From the NCBI GenBank assembly GCA_000165425.1, contig CT868006.1, positions 62,001 to 126,000 of the forward strand: DNA of 64,000 nt, given 5' to 3'. The stretch is from Paramecium tetraurelia (taxonomy: Eukaryota). Under the pieces are notes generated by a model that did not search any database, was not told where the DNA came from, and saw nothing but the letters and a program-made list of their open reading frames with translations. Shown in pieces: positions 55,331-64,000 of the stretch (positions are counted from its first letter, which is position 1; each line of letters starts with the position of its first letter). The position numbers and the translations under genes were made by a program.

Positions 55331-56991
55331 TCATACAAAATATTTATTATATTATTATAAAATGTGAATGGGAAATTTTTCGTTTAAATCAGTATTGTCC
55401 TTGTAGAGGTCAATTGAAAACTTGGTTTCTAAATTAATAATTAAATTTAAATGTTCCTTTAAACTAATGTCTTTTTTTTCAGATTACAGATTTTGGATAT
55501 TACTAAATTAATCTTGCAATATGGATTGATTTCCCATATTTCTTAATTGATCTTGTAATATGGATATTTCAATTCTGCTAGTGGCTGAATTTTTAATAAT
55601 ATCCAATTCTTACCACGATAATTCTTGAGTAGATTATTTCATTTTGTTTTCTTAATGAAATAAATCAGTTCTTAATTTATGAAATGCAACCTGAATCTCT
55701 TACCGAAGACTTAAAACTTCCTGAGCTAGTTCCCCTTTATAATCTAAAAGGAACTATTTTAATTATCGTTATTTTTGCACTAATTCTGGAATATCATTAT
55801 ATTATTTAATTCGTGGATGTAATTCTAAAGGTCTTATATAGACAAAGGCAAGCGCATAATCTAATTAATATTTTGCTATCAATTGGATAATATAACATAA
55901 AAAGGTAAGTTGTGAATTACTCTCTATTTCCTTAAAAAAACAATAGCAGATCTTAAATCTGTTGAATAACACTTCCAATAATGTTTTGTTTATTTACAAA
56001 TCTAACATTAGAATTTCATTTAATTTCTTATCCTAGGATTCTTTTTTGTCAAAATCTTAACAGAGTTATTCAGATTAAAATAAAAAGTTAACTGTTTCTT
56101 CCATTCCTGTCTAAGTCATTATTTGATGTTAAAATATTTCATCGTATGAAGTTCTTTCAGCCTCATCATAGACAATCATCTTCTCAAGTAGATCCTTTAA
56201 TATACCACCTCTATGGAAATCAAGATCCGGAGCCTTAAATCGCTTGCTTTTAAGCTGTTTTAGGCTTTTCAATAGATTTTGTATCGAATTACAAGGATAA
56301 GGAAATTCCCCTTTATAGCAAATATTGTAAAACAGAACCCCATAGGAAAAGATATCACATTTTGATTTGCAATCTTAATTAAAGATCATCTGAGGTGCAG
56401 CATAATTCAAAGACCCCGTTTTTGTTATCACAGATTTATTTAACATATCCTCGATAAGCTTGCCCACTCCAAAGTCTCCTAACTTAAGAAAAGGATATTC
56501 TTTACTTTATATATTTTATTTTGAGTATCCTTCTTAATCAATATATTTTCAGGCTTTATATCTCTATGTATAATTTTTTAATTATAAAGAAATTTCATGC
56601 TACTGATAATTTGTCTGATTAATTCAAATACTTCTTATTCAGAATACCATACATTAAATGATTTCATTCTTTCAAATTCAGAATACAAATCTTCATCACA
56701 TTATTCCATTACAATATATAAAGATATTTCATCCTTAAAAATATCAAATGTCTACACAATATTAATACATTTAGGGCCAGTTTAAAAATTACTTGAATTG
56801 TAATTCTTCAGTATCTCGCTAATCATTTCCTCATCTTAAATATCTTGAGATAAAAGTGGTATAATCTTTACACAATATTTCTAATAATCATAATCATTTT
56901 CTAATTTTTAACAGACATAAACCTCTCCATATTGTCCTTATCCTAGAATGTTGTTTTTATCAATTTTGTAGTAATCGTTAATATTTCGCAT
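55331..56991 (-). CDS. Ser/Thr protein kinase with long C-terminal region
   Basis: LGQGQYGEVY, CVK, HRDIKPEN, DFGVGK, GSLNYAAPQ, DIFSYG. Confidence 0.88.
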
Positions 56992-57736
56992 TAATGTATT
57001 TCTAAAAAAATTATATTAAGAATAATTCAATGTTTCTCTGTTAACAATTTATACATTATAACAAAATACCAAAAAATTCAATTATCATTAATTTGTTTGA
57101 AGATCTAAAACTATTAAATTCATTTGGGATTATCTTTCTATTTTATCAATTTTAATTCTATTATAATGCTTCACTTTATTATTTTTATTAAAAAATTACA
57201 AATACCAATTATATAATCATAGTATTATCATATTCTTGGTTGATAAAGGTTCGTTTAATTCATACATTTAATTTGGATCATAAGTATTTTTATTTTTATT
57301 GTTTTGGATTATTATTAATCAATACATTAATCTTTGGATCAAAAAAGGTTGAAATGAAATATTAGAATGCTGATATTTTTACATAGAAACCTATCTGTTT
57401 ACTCTCTCAAATGCCTTTTGATAGTTCTGCTCACGGAATATATTCCATATCTTTAGATCAACGCATTGTGAATTTTAAAGAGTGCACTATTATTATATCT
57501 AAGAAAATCAACTATATTTGATCATTTCAATCTGAGATATGCTTATAATATGAGTTAGATAAATACAAAAGTCAAAGAGATTTGTAATTTATAAACAAAT
57601 TGTATTTTATTCAGATAAAAGGATTTGTTTTGGTAAATTTTTGGTTTATTAATTATGTGAACATACATTATGATCTAGTGATGATTAGTTCTTGATGAAA
57701 TGTACAGAATAGGAATAATGAATACATTCACCCTAG

Positions 57737-57752
57737 CCATCCATCCATCCAT
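57737..57752. repeat. (CCAT)4 microsatellite in intergenic DNA
   Basis: ccatccatccatccat read directly. Confidence 0.9.
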
Positions 57753-57952
57753 CTTAAGAGATAAAATAGATTACAATTTCAAATTACATCTGATTGATCT
57801 TAGTAAGATCTTACTTTGAAGTATTTTGTAAATGGCTTTCCTTCAATTTTGAACATAAAGTTAGACATAATTTTTGAGGTACACTAGAGTCTTTCTTAAC
57901 CGCAAAAAGCAATAATAATTAATTATCTTACTTCCTATTTAATTAAAATAAA

Positions 57953-59544
57953 ATGAAACAAAGAGAGAGATCCCATGGATATCTATATAAACAAATTTGC
58001 AAACATTTGAATGTGCCTATTTCATCAAGCTTGCTTAATGGTATTTAGGAGACAGAAATTGTTATAGCTTTAGACCAAATCAGTTAATAGGGTAAAAACA
58101 TCAAGATTCAATAGATATTGAGCCTCTTTCTTTATTGTTGCCTCAATGCAAATTTAAGAGGATCATATTAAAAAGTATTTAAAAGAACCTCAAATTGAAC
58201 AAGTCAATGGCTACTGATAATTATAAAATGGAATTACTTGAAATTTTGAGAGTGATAACGAAGCTGTTCACCAAGAGTTTGGACGTGGTCTCATTGGTAA
58301 TTCGAGATATTAGAATGAATAGCGAACACATGCAGATAATAGCATAAGGAATAGCAGTTGTTTAATCTTTAAAGGAATTGCGTATAATATAATGCTTGAT
58401 GACTTCCAATCATTTCAGTATTCTATAGCCATCGCTAATTCAGAATTCATCGCTTCATATCCTCGATTTCTCTCATAATTATCTAACACATCAAATTGGG
58501 GTATTATTGGGATAACTGCTCCAGGAGCATGGCAAACGAAGGGATAATGTGGAATATCTATACAGAATCAAAGGAGATTGTCCTGAAGAAGACATTTCTA
58601 AAATAGGATTAGAGGAACTGGATTTATCATATAATAAGTTAAACGATTAATTTGTGAAAGATGTGGTGCCATATTTGGAGAGAGATAGATGGGTGAAGTA
58701 AATCAATCTTAAATATAATGCAATTCAGAAGGAAGGCTTTGAGATTTTGATCTAATTACTGGATAAAAATTCAACCATCACAAGTTTGGATATAAGAAGA
58801 AATCTTGGATCTACATCGCAATTTTAGAAGGAGGTCTTAAAGAAGTTGATAAGGAATAAAAATACAAAAAATGATATTCAATAATAGAGATTAGATGACG
58901 AGAATGAAAATATTTCTGTCAATGTTTCTGCGATTCCATAAAACTTACAATCTGTTATTTCAGATCAAGAAAGTCCTGTGATGTCTTTTGGAGTATTCGA
59001 ACCCAATAATCTCACTAAGCAGATGTCCAATAATTCTGGGAGATAGGATTAATTGAAATTGAAATCTGGATTAAAAAACAGTGATTCTGGTTGTTCTGAT
59101 TGCAATCGTTTACAAATGAAATCGAAAAAGCAGTAGTAAATGATTTAGCTACTGAAATAAGAAGTTCAATTTTTAAGATTTCAACTTCAAAGCAAATCGT
59201 CAATGGCTGAATAATAATAGTAACAATAAACATAATAATAAGTTATAAATGAACTAAATTTCTCAGAAAATAATCATAATCCTCCTCCTTAAGAGATTGA
59301 ATAAGAAGACATGGTCAATAAAATAGAATATATGATGAATGACTTAACTAGAATGATGGATGGATTAGATGTTTAGGGGAGTGTAACGAATAATCTGAAT
59401 GCACATTTATCTAGTACTTTGATTGTATAGGATTATACAAGGGCAATATTTGAAAGAGAAGACAGAGCAAATGATTTAATCAATATTTTAGACGAGAATA
59501 GTAATAATAACTTATCATAATCTTCGGATGAAGAACAATAATGA
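57953..59544 (+). CDS. Leucine-rich-repeat protein, CEP78-like
   Basis: RNI-type LRRs (LHILDFSHNYL, GLEELDLSYNKL, DRWVKQINLKYNAI, ITSLDIRRN) with an HGKRRD insert; coiled-coil C-terminus. Confidence 0.6.
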
Positions 59545-59609
59545 AATTTTTCTTTTATTTTATATCATAATTCATAATTGCATATTTATTAACATCTAGG
59601 TAATTTATA

Positions 59610-59964
59610 TCATTATAATTGTTCTACGGGTTCAGACAGTTGTGATTTTGGCTACTTTGGAATGTCTTACATTTCCAATTCAGCATCTCTGATTTATTGG
59701 GAATTAATCCACTCGTCAACATTCTGCTGTCTTTAGACTTGAGAATATTCACTATTGTAGCTGATTGCAAAAAATATAGCATAAAGCTTGGATCAATAAA
59801 GCAAATACCACAGCTGTAATAAATAATGCAAAGGCTCCTTCGATTCGACTATGAGGTACTACATAAACAGTTTCAGATCCAATGGCGATCATAAATCCCA
59901 AATATGTCATGAAGATGCATCCTGGAGCTGAGATAAACATGCAATATTAAGCACACGATACCAT
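59610..59964 (-). CDS. Small 2-TM protein, RNASEK / V-ATPase subunit f-like
   Basis: CAQYCMFISAPGCIFMTYLG ... GAFALFITAVLYAIFFAIS after removing a 22-nt intron. Confidence 0.55.
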
Positions 59965-60064
59965 TAAATTTAATTATATAGATTGAAATTAATAAAATTA
60001 AAAGAAATTCTTATTCTTGAAAATATATTATGAACTTGTAATAATATTAGGGCAAAAATGTAAA

Positions 60065-61449
60065 TCAATTTTTTAGCTTTTATGCTAACTTAGCTGATCT
60101 TGGTGTATTAGTAGTTGTTGGTTATTTGGTGATTCGAGATGAAGAAGTGCTCGACACAACCATTTAACTACTAGGAACACTCACAGGGTTATTATCAAAA
60201 TCATATCCATTAAATAGATCTAACATATTCTAACTATCATACTTTATACTGAATTCCTCCTCAACATGATCTATTACTCTTCATTAATGGAATCATCAGA
60301 GTCTCGTCTACTATCAGAAGGCAGGTAGTTGTCTTCATTGCCCTAATAATCTGGTTTAATAATAAACATTAGGGATGAATGGGGCAATAATCTACTTGGT
60401 CAGAAGCTTTTCCCAACTAAAATCCCTAAACCATGGGTGTTCCTTCACTTCATCTGGCCCATTGTTACCCAATCGATTCTGTGGCTTCCTTTGCAAAAGC
60501 TAATTAAATATATATCACATAATACTTTATTTGTAAAATCAGCTGCCTCTAAACTCCATCCTGGAGGAATTTCTTGTCTCTTGATTGCTGCCTATTTGGC
60601 AAGCATTTGTTCTCGTATTTCCTGTCTGCTCCTTCCCAAATATGGTCTTCTGCCTAACATGCATTCATATATGATCACTCCCAAAGCAAAGTAATCTACT
60701 GCTACACCATGATTGTGTCCTATAAATAGAAAACTTAGATTTACTACACATAACTTCTGGAGCCATATAGCCGGGAGTTCCACTTGTATCTTGGGAATTC
60801 TCTGGTTTCCATATCCTGGCTATACCCAAATCAGTTAATCTAAGATATCCTAGGGCCATTAAATAAATGGACCATACCATTACTATCAAACACCAAGTTT
60901 TCTGGCTTTAGATCTCTATGCAATACTCCCTGTTGGTGCAGGTAATCCAATGCCACTATGATACACCCGCTGAAAAACTCTTGCTTTATATATATGTCTG
61001 TATACTTGTCTATTCTTCATTGAATTTCCTGTGTCTTCCTATGTGATATCTCAGATCTCCTCCCGAGAGCAAATCCATCACCAAATATAAGTATTCTCTA
61101 TCTTGGAAGGAGTATTGCATGTTGATCAGAAAACTTGATTCATTTTCAATTTTTACTTATGTTTCAAACCACTCAATAACGTCTTTTCATTCATCACAGA
61201 CTATACCGACTTCTTTTGAATGATTCTATATTTTAATCACTTCTTACTTTGGTTTAGACATCACCTTTAGAGCATAGAATTGCTTATTTTTCTTTTATCT
61301 AACCTTCCACACCTTCCCAAATCCACCTCTTCCGATTGCATCGATAAACTGAAAATTTTACACCGAAACCACTAAAATATCGATCACTATCAAATACCAT
61401 TATTTTCCATAAGATCTTCCTTTTTTTCATTAATATTACAATTGCCCAT
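60065..61449 (-). CDS. AGC-group Ser/Thr kinase (STK32/YANK-like), predicted N-acylated (MGNC)
   Basis: [49 protein letters not shown]; many tiny introns. Confidence 0.93.
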
Positions 61450-61474
61450 ACTTTTTATTTTTATTATTAATTAT

Positions 61475-62164
61475 ATGATTCTTTATACTTTAATTTCCAA
61501 AGGAAATCTAGTCTTGTCAGAATACACAGAATTGGAGGGGGATTTTACTGAAATGGCTCGTATTGTACTCAAAAGTGTGAAGCCCAATTAGTAAAAATAA
61601 ATATTTAGTAAAGTATATGATGGTAAAACCTAGAATGAATATGTCTTTTGCATAACATGCATTTCCCATCTTCGATTTCTTTGTATGATCCATAATAGTT
61701 AAAACAAAGAAAAGGCATTTGCCTTCCTTGAAGCCATTCACCAAGAATATTCAAATTGCTCCAAAAGTATTTCGATTCTAAAATCAAAGATTCCGATTTT
61801 AATAATGGCCAATTCTCAGCTCAAATCTGCCGTATGATGAAAGGCTTCAATTAATTGGACCAAAAAGACGCATTGACTAACCTTGAAGAAACTGTTGAAG
61901 ACCTAAACGAATCAGCATTTCAGAATCTTCGTAAAATGATCGGTATATATTCTTTCTAAATATTGATTAGAAAGAGAAGTTAGACTTGACGTATTAGTTA
62001 AAAAGACTGAAGAATTGACAAAGAATGCTGATATCATCTTTAAATATAGTAGAAATGTTCATAGGGCAACAAGAGGTAGCGAATTTAGACTCGGAGGAAA
62101 AGTCTTAATTCTGTCTTTGGTAATATTTGCAATTTTGAGCTTATACATCTATTATCAAATTTGA
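61475..62164 (+). CDS. Longin R-SNARE, VAMP7-like synaptobrevin
   Basis: MILYTLISKGNLVLSEYTELEGDF longin domain; SNARE motif IEREVRLDVLVKKTEEL; C-terminal TM. Confidence 0.88.
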
Positions 62165-62825
62165 CACTTATTTTTAAATATATTCGCTGTCATTCCCAAT
62201 ATAATTTATTGTATATATACTTTGTTTTATATTCAATATTGATAGAAATTATTATAAAATTCATTCTTTTATTATTATACTCTTGAATTCTTAATCTTTA
62301 GTAGAATATTTTTACATAAAAAAAATACATCTATATATTGAGGGGGCATCAAAATAGAACCATAACTCCTAAAGCTAATAATTATATAGACCATGATAAG
62401 TAAAAATATACAAATTAGATTCATTTGATAGCTACATATGGTTTGATTCCTAAAATTTAATAAAATGAATTTATAAATCCCTCGATTTAAATTTATAGGT
62501 ATTAGTATAAAAAGAATGTATTCTATATATATAAAAATAGAACTAAAATTAATTTTCATGCATATTTTAAATTCAGGATGTAAACATTGGAGCAATTATT
62601 TGATTAAAATTAATTAAATATATATAATTTAAGGTTTAGTTATCAGTTATAATTTTGACATATTCTATTGATTAGCCATATTATTCTTTCATATTTCCCA
62701 GAATTAGAGTAAAATGCATTTGTATCTAATTTAAAATCATATTACAATATCTATGCTATATGTTTATGTTATTTCCACAATTTAAATCCTTATTTCAAAA
62801 GATTAGATTTATTTTTTGAGAGAAT

Positions 62826-62832
62826 AAAAAAA
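62826..62832 (-). terminator. Pol III oligo-T terminator of tRNA-Ile
   Basis: T7 run on the minus strand immediately 3' of the tRNA. Confidence 0.8.
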
Positions 62833-62906
62833 TGGTCTCGGAGGGGATCGAACCCTCGACCGTCAGCTTATTAGACTGACGCTCTAACCAACTGAGCTAC
62901 GAGACC
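62833..62906 (-). tRNA. tRNA-Ile (anticodon AAT)
   Basis: GGTCTCGTAGCTCAGTTGGTTAGAGCGTCAGTCTAATAAGCTGACGGTCGAGGGTTCGATCCCCTCCGAGACCA folds as a cloverleaf with A and B boxes. Confidence 0.97.
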
Positions 62907-63077
62907 TGTCTTAATTATACTTTTAGATTTTTGAATTTAAGCTAGTAAGATTAAAGATCTAATCAGTGCAAACGATAAAATCCAATTAAATAGCCTAATT
63001 ATTTTTAATATTAATAGAGATTAAAACATTTAAATGATAGAACAATAAATCATGATTCATTAATTATTTAATTATTT

Positions 63078-64000
63078 ATGAAATTCCTCTCTATCAAAAA
63101 TATATTTGAATTTAAAGACAATCATATAGATGGAGTCAGAAACAATCTATTCAAAAATATAAGTAATCAGAATTTAGATTTAAGATTAACTTTAGGGCTT
63201 GGGATTACCGGATGTTTGTATTGTAACTAAATAGTAGCCAACTCATGTGATGAAATCCACTTTTGAGACCTAATCCTCGTTTCATTTTATTTAAGGGTTG
63301 TGTCCTCAATCGTAGGCTGATGTTTTTGCATACCTTCAAACGATTTTACAAAATTTAGAAAAATCAGAGCATTAAGGCTTGTTCTCTAAAAATTAGACTA
63401 TTTCAAAAGTAAAATAGTTCCTCTAGATAGTTAACTTATATTTGTTACGATATTTTTTCCAAGACTTTCTTGGTGTGCGAGATTTAAGTGTTTCTGGAAG
63501 GGCAACATAAATCAAAAACATTCGGAGTATAAGAGAATCAGCAATACATATTACCGACTAGGTAGCATTGGCAAGGAGTTTATATAAGTAGTATATTAAG
63601 AGCAATTGATGAAGAATTTAAGCTAGCAAGCGTTGGTAGATTCTTTAATAATATAAACTTAAAAAACAATATAAAGTTGTCTGAAGTAATACAGATGCTT
63701 TTAGAATTAATAACAACTAATGTAAGCCTTTTTTAAGACCTTGACAAAATTAGCTCAATAAAAGATTTTCCTGAACTTAAAGATGTTTTGTATTATTTAT
63801 GTTGGCCTTTGGAAATTTTAGTTTCGTATTTAGAGAAATCTAATTAACTATAAATATTAATAATAGAATTAGATAACATAGAAGATAGCATAGTATTTTA
63901 TTTGATTAAAAGCATTTTGTTCTATAAAATGAAGTAACTATGATATTTAAATTAGAAATTACGAAAAATCTCTATAATGCTTGGTACATATATCTTGTAT
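63078..64000 (+). CDS. ChAPs-family (Bch1/Bud7-like exomer cargo adaptor) homolog, 3'-truncated
   Basis: GLGLPDVCIVTK, SSFHFIQGL, DVFAYLQTI, YICYDIFSK, HWQGVYISSILRA occur in the order of fungal LGPPDL, FHY..G, AYL, C.YNAFS, W....SS.LRA; 3 introns. Confidence 0.7.

Noticed and set aside
57678..57793. Box C (GTGATGA) ... box D (CTGA) snoRNA candidate
   Set aside because: No terminal stem or recognisable rRNA guide; such motifs are common by chance
62275..62595. 106-aa minus-strand ORF in the track
   Set aside because: I/F/L/N-rich translation typical of AT-rich noncoding DNA

Overview
AT-rich, gene-dense eukaryotic DNA with the hallmarks of a Paramecium-type ciliate macronuclear chromosome. 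TAA and TAG encode Gln (only TGA stops), introns are tiny (about 20-31 nt, GT..AG), and intergenic spacers are often under 100 nt. The supplied standard-code ORF track is therefore mostly fragments or off-frame noise, and genes were re-read by hand with translation table 6. About 38 protein genes and one tRNA-Ile(AAT) are supported. Recognisable genes: two RBBP4/RbAp48 paralogs, transaldolase, mitochondrial EF-Tu, F1 ATP synthase gamma, ABITRAM-like, a MORN protein, kinesin-2, PP2C, RING-SPRY, PGK, LAMTOR5-like, a C2 protein, PTEN, four Ser/Thr kinases, a TTLL, SAPS, a triple-RING protein, GOS28, a giant Cys-rich multi-TM protein, RhoGAP, a CEP78-like LRR protein, RNASEK-like, VAMP7-like and a ChAPs (exomer cargo adaptor) homolog truncated at the window end. 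No transposon, telomere or clear retained IES was seen. The most notable observations are: a C2-PTEN-AGC kinase trio in one reading frame separated by single TGAs, next to LAMTOR5; an apparent GT-TG intron; TAGAG/GAG splice acceptors; several stopless 3n introns; an EF-Tu with a ~64-aa AKP-rich tail and a His-to-Thr pocket change; and a ChAPs gene outside fungi. Nothing here is demonstrably a new system. Coordinates come from manual reading, and family calls come from motif recognition without database searches.
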